Positions 1 to 9,926 of a stretch of DNA of 64,000 nt are shown piece by piece. Both the position numbers and the translations under genes were made by a program. Below the pieces are notes generated by a model. It saw nothing but the letters and a program-made list of their open reading frames with translations, was not told where the DNA came from and searched no databases. Position 1 is the first letter of the stretch. Every line of letters begins with the position of its first letter. Origin of the DNA: Rhodothermales bacterium (lineage in GTDB: Bacteria; Bacteroidota; Rhodothermia; Rhodothermales; Bin80); assembly GCA_022820435.1 (NCBI GenBank), contig JAJEFL010000126.1:4419-68418 (forward strand), written 5' to 3'.

Positions 1-1312
1 CCAGAGTGCGCGCCGTTACGACCTCTGCAATCAGTTCCGTCGCGTCGTGGCCGATCACATGGCATCCCAGAAGTTCGCCATACTTCGCATCATAGATCAC
101 CTTCACGAACCCGTCCGTGTGGCCCGCCGCAGACGCTTTCCCGGATGCAGAGAAGGGGAATTTTCCAACCTTGATCTCGTACCCCTCTTCCCGGGCAGCA
201 CTTTCCGTGTACCCCACGGAAGCAATCTGGGGCTGACAATAGGTGCAGCCGGGAATATTCTTTTTGTCGAGTGCATGGACCTGTTTGCCGGCAATGTTTT
301 CAACGCAGAGGATGCCTTCATGACTCGCCTTGTGCGCAAGCCAGGGCGGGCCTGCGACATCGCCGATCGCATAGATGCCCCGTACCCTGGTGCGTGATAA
401 ATTGTCCGTTTTGATAAATCCACGTTCGGTCTCAATGCCAACTTCCTCCAGCCCCAGATCTTCAATGTTCCCCGTAATGCCAACCGAACTAAGGACCTGG
501 TCCACCTCAATCACCTCGTTTTTTCGGGAACTCTTCAGGTGCACCTTAAGGGTTTCGCCATCTTCCTCTACGCGTTCCACGGTAGCACCGGTGCTGACCT
601 TGATGCCTGCTTTCTTAAATGATCTGGCTAACTGCTTGGAGACATCTGCGTCTTCAATGGGCACAATGCGGTCCTGCAGTTCAACCAGATGCACCTGTGT
701 GCCCATGTGATGATAAAAGTACGCGAACTCCACCCCGATAGCACCTGCACCTGCAATCAGTAAACGGGCCGGTTGCGTCTTTTGGAGCATCGCCCCCTTA
801 TAGTCAATGATTTTCTCTCCATCAATCGGAAGCGGGGGAATTTCCCGGGCCCGTGCTCCGGTTGCAAGAATAATGTGCTTTGCCTGGAGCTTACGTTCGC
901 TTCCGATCTGTTTACCATCCATATCTACCGATGGCGTGACGCTTAGAAAACCACTTCCAGTCAGTTTTGCATGGCCGAGCACGACCTCAATGTTATTCTT
1001 TTTCATGAGGAACTGCACGCCGCCATTCATTTTCTGAGCAACCTTGCGACTGCGATCAATCACCTTTGGAAAATCTGCCCGAACCGTTCCATCCAGTTCC
1101 AGTCCATAGGAACTCAGGTTGTTGGTATAAGACACAAGTTCTGCACTTTTCAGGAGTGCCTTGGTGGGAATACAGCCGACATTCAGGCAGACCCCGCCCA
1201 GTTTGTTTTTTTCAACTACTGCAGTTTTAAAGCCAAGCTGTGTGGCCCGGATTGCAGTCTCATAGCCGCCGGGACCTGTCCCGACTACAATGACATCAAA
1301 GGTGTCCGACAT
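1..1312 (-). CDS. lpdA: dihydrolipoyl dehydrogenase (E3), C-terminal ~30 aa outside window
   Basis: Absent from the ORF track because it runs off the window edge. Reverse translation from ATG at 1312 gives MSDTFDVIVVGTGPGGYETAIRATQLGFKTAVVEKNKLGGVCLNVGCIPTKALL, with a GxGxxG FAD fold and the redox-active CLNVGCIPTK disulfide. The frame is still open at base 1. Confidence 0.9.
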   Translation of the reverse strand, partial: MSDTFDVIVVGTGPGGYETAIRATQLGFKTAVVEKNKLGGVCLNVGCIPTKALLKSAELVSYTNNLSSYGLELDGTVRADFPKVIDRSRKVAQKMNGGVQFLMKKNNIEVVLGHAKLTGSGFLSVTPSVDMDGKQIGSERKLQAKHIILATGARAREIPPLPIDGEKIIDYKGAMLQKTQPARLLIAGAGAIGVEFAYFYHHMGTQVHLVELQDRIVPIEDADVSKQLARSFKKAGIKVSTGATVERVEEDGETLKVHLKSSRKNEVIEVDQVLSSVGITGNIEDLGLEEVGIETERGFIKTDNLSRTRVRGIYAIGDVAGPPWLAHKASHEGILCVENIAGKQVHALDKKNIPGCTYCQPQIASVGYTESAAREEGYEIKVGKFPFSASGKASAAGHTDGFVKVIYDAKYGELLGCHVIGHDATELIAEVVTARTL

Positions 1313-2088
1313 AAGAGGATAAGATTAAGTGATGGATAAAAGATAAGGACATGCGCACGGGATTCGCAAAGAACACCTGCCCGCTGAAGACGGTCACACG
1401 TAAAGTTCAATGGGCGATTGGCAGCAATCGCTGTGTGGACTCCATCTGAAATAAGATGATCGCACTTCATATGGCATTAAAGGATGATTGTCTACATTCA
1501 TCTTGCACCTTCTATATCGGCGTTCTCCAGCAGGTTAGCAGGGAAGATCTCTATGCATGTTCCGGCATAGCTTTGAACTCTGTCCATGGACTTGACGGAT
1601 GCGCTGATCCAGTTACTGAAATTTACGGAACGAGCGATTTCTGACTGACTTCTCCACAGGTGTAACTCAAAACCGGCAGTGAAGGGGTTAAACGCATTTG
1701 CAGCCGTATGTTGCAGAAAAGTAATGTCTGGTGGAGGATCCCCGTAATCCGTCAGGAGCAAAGAGGCCGCAGTGCTTCCCCAAGTCCTCTCAGATGTCGG
1801 GGGTGGTATGTCTGCCGGAAGAAAAAACGGTCACTCCCTGAAGTGTCTAGCGTCTCCGGTTTCTAGTAGACGGGAAGGATGGCGGGAAAGGGGCACCAAT
1901 GGCGTGTACGATGATCTATCGGAGCAGCCACTACAAGCGGTTTGAAGAGATTTTCCTTCCGCAGGATGCGGTTGTCCCGCTCAGTCATCTTTCTGGCCGA
2001 AAGATGGGAATCATGCGACCACCTGCCAAGTCCGCCATAAAACCCGTCCATCCCAGTCAACCTGAACTGTTCAAGAGAGACTGTGCAA

Positions 2089-2844
2089 TCACTCCTCTGA
2101 CAACGGAACACGGTCTACATTATCAGGCAGGCCAAGGGACATAGAGGCAATGGGTTCATTGACCGAAAGAGATCGGTAATGCAGGATGGCATTCATGTCT
2201 CTTGCCGGGTTCCGGTAAATGATCTGGCGCGGGAAGAATGCCTCGCCAACGGCAAAAAAGTCGTGAAAGTGAAGGGCTTCCAAAAGGGTTCCTGACGTAT
2301 CGTATTGCGTCATCTGGATGGTGCGCCAGTGCACTGGATCAATTGTGTATGTCCGATGCAAAAGCGAGTCCGTGAGAACAAATCCATCCTGAGTTGACTC
2401 CAATTGAAGGGGAGTTCCAGGAATGGGGCGAACGTAGCCAAGCATCTGCTCAATCGCATGTTGAACAGAAAATAAAGCGGGCAGGGCCGGGTGATCACTG
2501 CCTGCGATGCGCAATGTCTGTGCAAACCGGTCATAAAAAAACAGGCTGTCCGGTGTGACCAGTAAACGCCCGCCCTCTATGCCAAATCCCCGGACACGGA
2601 AAATCATCAGCAGCGAGTCGGCCCGGCGGTGGGAGATCTCTGCGGTCAGGGTTCCCGAATAGAGCGGGGTCTTCATGGACAGATCCCCCCTCGCCCGCAA
2701 AGTGGCGGGAAGTGTATGCACCCAGATGCGGTCCATCACCTCTTCAAGTTCATAGGCCTCCACCGGAGCAGCCGGATCAAGGGCAGGGCGGGAACCTGCA
2801 CATCCCGCAAGGATCAGTAGAATCACAAGGGCGGCAACTCTCAT
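2089..2844 (-). CDS. lipoprotein, DUF4292/LolB-like (hypothetical)
   Basis: The 307-aa ORF overlaps nadK. An internal Met gives MRVAALVILLILAGC, a signal peptide with a lipobox. That ATG forms an ATGA overlap with the nadK stop at 2841-2844. The family call is from memory only. Confidence 0.55.
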   Translation of the reverse strand: MRVAALVILLILAGCAGSRPALDPAAPVEAYELEEVMDRIWVHTLPATLRARGDLSMKTPLYSGTLTAEISHRRADSLLMIFRVRGFGIEGGRLLVTPDSLFFYDRFAQTLRIAGSDHPALPALFSVQHAIEQMLGYVRPIPGTPLQLESTQDGFVLTDSLLHRTYTIDPVHWRTIQMTQYDTSGTLLEALHFHDFFAVGEAFFPRQIIYRNPARDMNAILHYRSLSVNEPIASMSLGLPDNVDRVPLSEE

Positions 2845-3722
2845 GTGCTCATCTGATGGCCCATCCCCCAGGACAGTTTTGAGCGGAGCGTACCGAAATA
2901 GTGTGTATCTGCAAACCGGATCAGCTTGATGGAATGATCGGCCCGGCGGATCGTGTAGGGGTCCTGCTTTTGAGAAATGAGCTGTGTGCGGCCATCCAGT
3001 GCAATCGTGCAATCCGATGAACTTGCGGCTAGCTGCAGGGCCAGGGTTGATTGTGCGGGCAGGATGATCGGACGGACAGTCAGGCTGTGCGGCGCAACCG
3101 GGCTCACGAGGATTACATTGCTCCCCGGCATGACAATAGGCCCGCCCACGGCCAGCGAATAGGCAGTTGAGCCCGTCGGAGTCGCAATAATCAGCCCGTC
3201 TCCCCAGTAGCGGTTCAGCTTGGTTCCGTCAACCAGTACATCTATTACTGCAAGTCCGCCTGCAGGCCGTCGGGTAACGACAATGTCATTGAGGGCCCAG
3301 CCGGTGTGTGGGCCGGTCAGACTGAGTGCGCTTCGGTGCTCAATCTGGTATTGGCCCGTACGGAGTAAGTGGAGTGCATGCTGAATCCGGCCGGCCTCAA
3401 CATAGGCCAAAAATCCAAGATGTCCAATGTTGACCCCCAGAATGGGTACGCCCGCCCCGCCAACCTCAAAAGCGGTGTGCAAAAGGGTCCCATCCCCTCC
3501 GATAGAAAGGATCACGCTACTTGTGCGGGCAAGTGTATCTGTGGACACCCTTTCTGCACGCTCAGCCGAGATGAGCGAACGCTTCAGCAGGCCGTCAGTA
3601 ACGGGACGATGCAGTTGATACTCAACCCCTTTTGCCTCCATCCAGGCGATCAATTGCCGGATGAGCGGCCATAACCCGTCCTTTGTTGTGTTTCCCGTAA
3701 TCCCGTAGATTATCTTTGCCAT
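2841..3722 (-). CDS. nadK: NAD kinase
   Basis: 293 aa with the GGDGTLL motif and the NDIVV...TPTGSTAYSLAVGGPIV region typical of NadK/PpnK. Confidence 0.9.
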   Translation of the reverse strand: MAKIIYGITGNTTKDGLWPLIRQLIAWMEAKGVEYQLHRPVTDGLLKRSLISAERAERVSTDTLARTSSVILSIGGDGTLLHTAFEVGGAGVPILGVNIGHLGFLAYVEAGRIQHALHLLRTGQYQIEHRSALSLTGPHTGWALNDIVVTRRPAGGLAVIDVLVDGTKLNRYWGDGLIIATPTGSTAYSLAVGGPIVMPGSNVILVSPVAPHSLTVRPIILPAQSTLALQLAASSSDCTIALDGRTQLISQKQDPYTIRRADHSIKLIRFADTHYFGTLRSKLSWGMGHQMST

Positions 3723-3793
3723 GAGCAGTTCAAGCGTGAAGGGGTTGATAAATTAAGCTAGACAGCGTAATTTGCATAAGAGCATTCAGTGTC

Positions 3794-5050
3794 ATGGCCC
3801 GACATATTGTCATTATTGGAAATGGGATCACCGGTATTACCGCTGCGCGGTTTATACGAAAGTTAAGCGATGACCGTGTCACGGTGGTATCCAGTGAAAC
3901 GGATCACTTCTACGCACGAACGGCGCTGATGTACATTTACATGGGGCATATGCGCTATCAGGAGACCAAACCCTACGAAGACCATTTCTGGTCCAGGAAC
4001 CGGATCAACCTTGTCCGGGGGTATGCAGTTCAGATTGACCCTGAGCAGAAAGTGGTCCGAATTGCAGATGGGAATGATATCGCCTACGATGCACTTCTTC
4101 TGGCCACGGGATCCCAGTCAAATAAATTCGGATGGCCGGGGCAGGATTTATTGGGGGTGCAGGGGTTGTACGGGATGCAGGATTTAGCATTGATGGAGCG
4201 GAATACCCAAAATATCACACATGCCGTGGTGGTGGGAGGAGGACTGATTGGAATTGAGATGGCCGAGATGCTTCATGCCAGACAGATTCCCGTCACCTTT
4301 CTGGTTCGGGAAAACAGTTATATGGACTACCTGCTGCCCAAAGAAGAGTCTGCCTTCATCAACCGTGAGATTGCTGAGCACGGGATTGATCTAAGACTGA
4401 ATACGGAACTGAAGTCCATCCGCGGACGCAAAACCGCGGAAGCCGTTGAGACTAGCCAAAATGAGCGTATTGAGTGTCAGTTTGTCGGCCTCACTGCAGG
4501 GGTTCATCCGAATATTGACCTTGCGAAAGCTTCCGGAATTGACACGAACCGGGGCATTGTGGTGAATGAATTCTTTGAAACCAGTCTCCCGGATATCTAT
4601 GCCGCAGGAGACTGTGCAGAATTCAATGCAGACGGCATTGGGAGCCGGCGGATTGAACAGTTATGGTACACGGGTCGGGCGCATGGGAAAGTCGTTGCGA
4701 AGACCCTGTGTGGACACCGGACCCCGTACCGGAAAGGAGTGTTTTTTAATTCGGCGAAATTTTTTACGATGGAATATCAAACCTACGGTGATATATCTGC
4801 TCAGTCGGAACCACATATACGATCCCGGTTATTTCAGAGCGGGAGGAAGCTTTTGCGGATCAACAGTGACCGGGAATCGGGCAGAGTTCTGGGATTCAAT
4901 GCAATGGGAGTGCGACTGCGGCAGGATCAGTGTGAGGCATGGATTCGCAGCGGCACCTCCATAAAAAAGGTGCTCGCTTCTCTGGGGAAGGCGCGGTTTG
5001 ATGCCGAATTTTATTCAAATGCGGTGTATCGTCAGGCCGCAGCGGTATAG
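3794..5050 (+). CDS. FAD-dependent pyridine nucleotide-disulfide family oxidoreductase
   Basis: N-terminal IVIIGNGITGITAA Rossmann motif, a second VVVGGGLIGIEMA motif and a YAAGDCAE FAD-binding motif. Confidence 0.8.
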   Translation: MARHIVIIGNGITGITAARFIRKLSDDRVTVVSSETDHFYARTALMYIYMGHMRYQETKPYEDHFWSRNRINLVRGYAVQIDPEQKVVRIADGNDIAYDALLLATGSQSNKFGWPGQDLLGVQGLYGMQDLALMERNTQNITHAVVVGGGLIGIEMAEMLHARQIPVTFLVRENSYMDYLLPKEESAFINREIAEHGIDLRLNTELKSIRGRKTAEAVETSQNERIECQFVGLTAGVHPNIDLAKASGIDTNRGIVVNEFFETSLPDIYAAGDCAEFNADGIGSRRIEQLWYTGRAHGKVVAKTLCGHRTPYRKGVFFNSAKFFTMEYQTYGDISAQSEPHIRSRLFQSGRKLLRINSDRESGRVLGFNAMGVRLRQDQCEAWIRSGTSIKKVLASLGKARFDAEFYSNAVYRQAAAV

Positions 5051-5057
5051 AGGTTAA

Positions 5058-6479
5058 ATGGAACATCAGGCAAGCTTGCAACTCACCTCTTCAGGGGCAG
5101 ACTACTCTGCACATCAAAAAATTGGCTTAACCTTTATTGGTGTTGGCCTGTTGGCACTCCTGATTACCTTTCTGGGGGAGGGGGCACTGAATCCCGCGGT
5201 TACGCTTGCGCTTTCACTGGCGGGGCTGTTGGCGGGCAGCGGGATCCTTTTTGCCCGCATGCTTCATCAGCCGGCAGGGGTTAATAATAATGGTGTATGG
5301 TTTTCCGGAGCCACTGCCCGGGGAATGGCAGGATGGATCCTGGGGATTGTATTTACCGGGTTTTACATCCTCCTCTACTGGACTCCATCTAACCTGGAGC
5401 AGCTGATACGCGGCACGGATGCACTCAGTTATGCAATTCGGGGGAGCGCCGCCGATCAATGGTTTTTGTATGGACTCTTCTATACGCTTGCGGTTCTCGT
5501 GATGGGAACCCGGATGCTTATTAAGTACCGGGATAATCGCTATCAGATTTTGCGGACGATTTCAGTCATGTTTTTTCAATTGGGACTGGCCTTTCTGATC
5601 CCGAACCTGATGGTGCTTTTGAATCAGCCCGAGTTTTATTTCAGTTATTTCTGGCCGCTCAAGTACGATTATCTGTGGCCGAGTACGTTCAGTTCCCTGA
5701 CACAGGGCCCGGGCCTGGGGATTTTTCTGCTGTTCTGGACTGCGGTGATGACCGTTATTGCCACGCCGGTCCTGACCTATTTCTTTGGTAAGCGCTGGTA
5801 TTGTTCGTGGGTCTGCGGCTGCGGCGGACTTGCGGAGACGGCCGGAGATCCATTCCGGCATCTTTCGGACAAGTCTGCCAGAGCCTGGAAAATAGAGCGC
5901 TGGATGGTGCACAGTGTACTCGTGTTTGTGATCGTAACAACGCTGATGCTGTGGGGGAATCAGTGGATGGGGGGCGGTCTGCTGGGAGGGGTGTCGCAGG
6001 AGTTCTCCAGATGGTATGGATTTTTCATCGGGCTGATTTTTGCAGGTGTGATTGGAGTTGGATTTTATCCCGTCATGGGATCCCGTGTATGGTGCCGGTT
6101 TGGCTGCCCGATGGCCGCCGTCCTTGGCCTGTTACAGAAATATTTTTCCAGATTCAGGATCACCACCAACGGGGGGCAGTGCATTTCATGCGGGAACTGT
6201 TCCACCTATTGTGAAATGGGGATTGATGTGCGGTGGTATGCACAGAGGGGGCAGAATATTGTACGCGCCTCCTGTGTTGGATGCGGGATGTGTGCGACCG
6301 TGTGTCCCCGGGGGGTCCTGCGTTTGGAGAATGGGCCGCTGGAAGCCAGATATAATGGTCCGGTGCTGATTCACCATGATGACATGTCGGTGCAGCTGGA
6401 CGAGACATGGAAACAGTCCCGCCCGCTCATGCCGCCCGTTCAGGAGGATCTGCCCATTCTGACGGATGATGATCTTTGA
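5058..6479 (+). CDS. polytopic membrane 4Fe-4S ferredoxin-domain protein (NapH/MauN-like)
   Basis: Multiple hydrophobic segments. Cys clusters CSWVCGCG, WCRFGCP, CISCGNCSTYCEMG and CVGCGMCATVCPRG. It starts 7 nt after the upstream oxidoreductase. Confidence 0.75.
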   Translation: MEHQASLQLTSSGADYSAHQKIGLTFIGVGLLALLITFLGEGALNPAVTLALSLAGLLAGSGILFARMLHQPAGVNNNGVWFSGATARGMAGWILGIVFTGFYILLYWTPSNLEQLIRGTDALSYAIRGSAADQWFLYGLFYTLAVLVMGTRMLIKYRDNRYQILRTISVMFFQLGLAFLIPNLMVLLNQPEFYFSYFWPLKYDYLWPSTFSSLTQGPGLGIFLLFWTAVMTVIATPVLTYFFGKRWYCSWVCGCGGLAETAGDPFRHLSDKSARAWKIERWMVHSVLVFVIVTTLMLWGNQWMGGGLLGGVSQEFSRWYGFFIGLIFAGVIGVGFYPVMGSRVWCRFGCPMAAVLGLLQKYFSRFRITTNGGQCISCGNCSTYCEMGIDVRWYAQRGQNIVRASCVGCGMCATVCPRGVLRLENGPLEARYNGPVLIHHDDMSVQLDETWKQSRPLMPPVQEDLPILTDDDL

Positions 6480-7468
6480 GGTCATGTTCAGAATATTCAT
6501 TTTCCAATCAGTCAGGTTCCAAGGTGCAGCGTCTCCCGGCTGATTTCCCTACGTGGATGGTGGATGTGCAGTTTCGCGGACAATCCCGTCTGATTGCCTG
6601 TGCGGTGCTGGAAACCAGCCGGGGGGTCACACTCATTGATCCGGGGCCTTCAAGTACATTGCATACGCTGGAACAGGCGCTGAACGCTCACGGCGGGCTG
6701 GCGGCAGTGCAGAATGTGGTTCTGACGCATATTCATTTAGATCATGCAGGATGCACAGGTCGATTGGCGGCAAGTTTGCCGGACCTTAACATTTATGTGC
6801 ATCCTGTCGGAGTATGTCATCTGGTGCGTCCTGAGCGACTGATCCGCAGTGCACGACGAATCTACGGGGAGCGGATGGACTCGTTATGGGGCGAGATTCT
6901 GTCAATCCCGGAACATCAGGTCCACGCGGTAGAAGATGGAGCCGTTCTGGAGATAGGCGGGCGAAAATTACGGTCATGCTATACGCCCGGGCATGCCTCT
7001 CATCATATTGCCTGGCTGGAGGATGAAACCGAAATCGCCTATACCGGGGATGCCGCAGGGATGAGGATTGAAGGTTCGGATTATATTATTCCCGTTGCAC
7101 CGCCGCCGGATATTGATTTGGTGTTATGGGAACAGTCGCTGACGAGGCTGGAAGAAGAGGCCCCCCGAATGTTGTTCCTGACCCATTTTGGCATGGTACC
7201 CGACAGCAGAGGGCATCTGTCAGAAATGCGTGGGCGATTGCACACATGGGCGGATGCGGTCCGGTGCTCACTCAGGGATTCTTCTGAATCCGATGCAGTG
7301 CGGGCAGATGCCTTTCACGCTGCGGAAATGAATCAGATGCACACCCTGGTGGAGGAATGCTTTCAGGATCCTTATCGCTATATGGGGCAGCCGCGTGAGA
7401 GCTGGTATGGCCTTGCACGCTATTGGCGCAAAAAAGACAAGGCAGACGGGCAGTTGAGGGAAGCGTAA
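6476..7468 (+). CDS. MBL-fold metallo-hydrolase
   Basis: HIHLDHAG (HxHxDH) motif, followed by TPGHASHH. The TTG start at 6476 overlaps the upstream stop. An alternative ATG lies at 6557 (MVDVQF). Confidence 0.8.
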   Translation: MRSCSEYSFSNQSGSKVQRLPADFPTWMVDVQFRGQSRLIACAVLETSRGVTLIDPGPSSTLHTLEQALNAHGGLAAVQNVVLTHIHLDHAGCTGRLAASLPDLNIYVHPVGVCHLVRPERLIRSARRIYGERMDSLWGEILSIPEHQVHAVEDGAVLEIGGRKLRSCYTPGHASHHIAWLEDETEIAYTGDAAGMRIEGSDYIIPVAPPPDIDLVLWEQSLTRLEEEAPRMLFLTHFGMVPDSRGHLSEMRGRLHTWADAVRCSLRDSSESDAVRADAFHAAEMNQMHTLVEECFQDPYRYMGQPRESWYGLARYWRKKDKADGQLREA

Positions 7469-7897
7469 TACCATATGGATTGGCAACATCACAGGGGCAG
7501 TTGTTATCTGGAATCCTTCCAGCGTTCAGGAGCGGATGCTTCCTTCGCATTCTTGTCATGATCGGCGGCCCGGCCGGTCATCAATGTGATCGGCACGATT
7601 CTCAATCGGGCAGGCACCACATGCGGCGGCCCCTGTACCAGAATCTGTCCTGCGCAGCAGTCCATTGTTGTACATCCCGGCGATCCTGGTGTGCGGTTAC
7701 CGTGTATTTGCATTGCCGGGTTTCCCGCCGCTGCTTCCCCGTATCCGGGGGGTGTCTGTGTCTCCCGGCCTGCGGTGCTCTGGCAGGTAATTCTCCGGAA
7801 ACCAGCCACACATGGACGGGACTGGCAGGGCAGGGCGGCCGCTCCTTACATGCACGGCGGCAGATTTGCCGGCAGGTGCGTATAAGCCCGGATAATC

Positions 7898-8389
7898 ATG
7901 GAATTCCCAAACCAAATGGCCAGAATCTGGAAAAGCGAAGTGACCGTGGAGCAGTTGAATCAGCGGGGCAGAGGGACGATGGTGGATCATCTGGATATCA
8001 GGTTCACCGAAATCGGGCCGGATTACCTGTGTGCATCCATGCCGGTGGATCACCGGACGAATCAACCGCTAGGGTTATTGCATGGAGGCGCTTCAGTCGT
8101 GCTAGCAGAAACCCTGGGCAGCGTTGCAGGTGTCCTGTGTGTAGACGTTCAGAAACAGTACGTCGTTGGACTAGAGATCAATGCAAATCATTTACGAGGG
8201 GTGCGCAGCGGGCGTGTAGCGGGCACGGCAAAACCGGAGCATCTGGGGCGAAAGACGCAGGTCTGGCAGATCGGTATCGTCGATGAACGGGAACGGAAGG
8301 TTACCAGCAGTCGCTTAACGCTTGTGGTTCTGGACTGGGGAGAGAATGCACCTGGACATTTGCAGCGGCTTGCATGGCTTACGCAGTAA
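7898..8389 (+). CDS. hotdog-fold thioesterase, PaaI/YbdB family
   Basis: LGLLHGGASVVLAETLGS and the surrounding pattern are typical of PaaI-type thioesterases. Confidence 0.8.
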   Translation: MEFPNQMARIWKSEVTVEQLNQRGRGTMVDHLDIRFTEIGPDYLCASMPVDHRTNQPLGLLHGGASVVLAETLGSVAGVLCVDVQKQYVVGLEINANHLRGVRSGRVAGTAKPEHLGRKTQVWQIGIVDERERKVTSSRLTLVVLDWGENAPGHLQRLAWLTQ

Positions 8390-9015
8390 AAGAAATCTAC
8401 TATACCCTTCAGGGGGAAGGGCATATGACGGGGCGCCCTGCAGTTTTTCTGCGGTTTGCAGGGTGTAATCTTTGGAGCGGCCATGAAAAAGATCGTTCCA
8501 GCGCAATCTGCCAGTTCTGTGACACCGATTTTGTGGGGATGGATGGGCAGGGAGGGGGGCGCTTTCAGACCCCGACGGAACTGACCGATGCGGTCTGTGC
8601 AGTTTGGCCTGAGTCCGCAGGTCCGCATGCAAAACCCTATGTCGTCTGTACCGGAGGAGAGCCGCTGTTGCAGATGGATCACGCGTTAATTGAGGCGTTT
8701 CATGCGCACGGGTTTAAGGTCGCTGTAGAGACCAATGGTACCCTGCGCCCTCCCGAGGGGCTGGACTGGATCTGTGTAAGTCCCAAAGCAGGTGCGCCCC
8801 TGGAACTGAAGTGCGGCAGTGAGCTCAAACTTGTGTTCCCGCAGCCGGAGGCAATGCCAGCGGAGTTTGAGTCGCTGGAGTTTGAGTATTTTTTTCTGCA
8901 GCCGATGGATGGTCCGGAACTTGCCGCAAACATCAGGGCCGCCCTCAACTATTGTCTGGCACATCCGCAGTGGAGACTCAGCATTCAGACCCATAAATTC
9001 CTGAATATCCCCTGA
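8374..9015 (+). CDS. queE: 7-carboxy-7-deazaguanine synthase (radical SAM)
   Basis: N-terminal EIYYTLQGEGHMTGRPAVFLRFAGCNLWSG...CQFCDT cluster motif. The length of 213 aa fits QueE. Confidence 0.9.
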   Translation: MAYAVKEIYYTLQGEGHMTGRPAVFLRFAGCNLWSGHEKDRSSAICQFCDTDFVGMDGQGGGRFQTPTELTDAVCAVWPESAGPHAKPYVVCTGGEPLLQMDHALIEAFHAHGFKVAVETNGTLRPPEGLDWICVSPKAGAPLELKCGSELKLVFPQPEAMPAEFESLEFEYFFLQPMDGPELAANIRAALNYCLAHPQWRLSIQTHKFLNIP

Positions 9016-9921
9016 TCAGAAGGGAAGGGGAGTTCCTTCTGATTTTGTCTTCTCCCAATAGGCGCTGCGTATTTTTTCGGTGAGGGAGCCGGGCCTGCCT
9101 GTACCGATAATGCGCCCGTCCACTTCCAGAACGGGAGTTAATTCCCCCATGGTGCCGCTGGTAAACATCTCGTCTGCCGTATACATTTCGGTGATGGAGA
9201 GATTGAATTCACGGCAGGGAATACTCAGTTCCCGGGCGAGTCGGATGACGTTTGCACGCGTAATTCCGGGCAGGCAGCTGTCGGGCCGGGGGGTAAAAAG
9301 CTCGCCGCTGCGAATGAGAAAGATGTTCGTTGCATTGGTTTCGGAGAGATATCCGTGGATATCCAGCATGACGGCATCATCCACGCCAGCCACGTTTGCT
9401 TCAATTTTCGCAAGGATATTGTTGATAAGGTTGTTGTGGTGAATCTTGGAATCCAGACACTGTGGTGTATTGCGGCGGATAGAGGAAGTGATCAGCCGGA
9501 TCCCGCTTTCAGCATAGACCGGTTTTTTCCACTCCGCCAGTATAATGAGGGTCGGGCCGTGCACATTGAGTCGAGGGTCCATCCCTGAAGTGGTTTTCTC
9601 TCCCCGGGTTAAGGTCAGCCGCACATGCGTGTCATCACGCATCCCGTTGGATTTGAGGGTGGCAAAAAGTGCATCTACAATAAACTCCCGGCCAGGGAGA
9701 TCTGAAAATCTCATGGCATGTGCGGAGTTCATCAGCCGGTCCATGTGCGCATCCAGTTCAAAGACGCGTCCGTCATAAATTCGGATTCCCTCCCAGACGG
9801 CATCGCCGCCCTGAACGACACTGTCAAAGACAGAAACCTTCGCCTCAGATCGGGGCAGCAGGCGATCCTTGACCCATACCATGATGGTGTCGTTACGCTT
9901 GTCAGGTAAAGAAATATGCAT
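9016..9921 (-). CDS. class IV PLP aminotransferase (branched-chain/D-amino-acid aminotransferase-like)
   Basis: AKVSVFDSVVQGGDAVWEGIRIY, LTRGEKTTSG, DSKIHHNNLINNILAK and ETNATNIF are fold-type IV signatures. Confidence 0.8.
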   Translation of the reverse strand: MHISLPDKRNDTIMVWVKDRLLPRSEAKVSVFDSVVQGGDAVWEGIRIYDGRVFELDAHMDRLMNSAHAMRFSDLPGREFIVDALFATLKSNGMRDDTHVRLTLTRGEKTTSGMDPRLNVHGPTLIILAEWKKPVYAESGIRLITSSIRRNTPQCLDSKIHHNNLINNILAKIEANVAGVDDAVMLDIHGYLSETNATNIFLIRSGELFTPRPDSCLPGITRANVIRLARELSIPCREFNLSITEMYTADEMFTSGTMGELTPVLEVDGRIIGTGRPGSLTEKIRSAYWEKTKSEGTPLPF

Positions 9922-9926
9922 GGGAA

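Noticed and set aside
7423-8286. 287-aa Arg/Cys/Gly-rich ORF spanning the gap and the thioesterase gene.
   Set aside because: The composition is typical of an out-of-frame reading of GC-rich DNA, and it overlaps the well-supported PaaI thioesterase frame.
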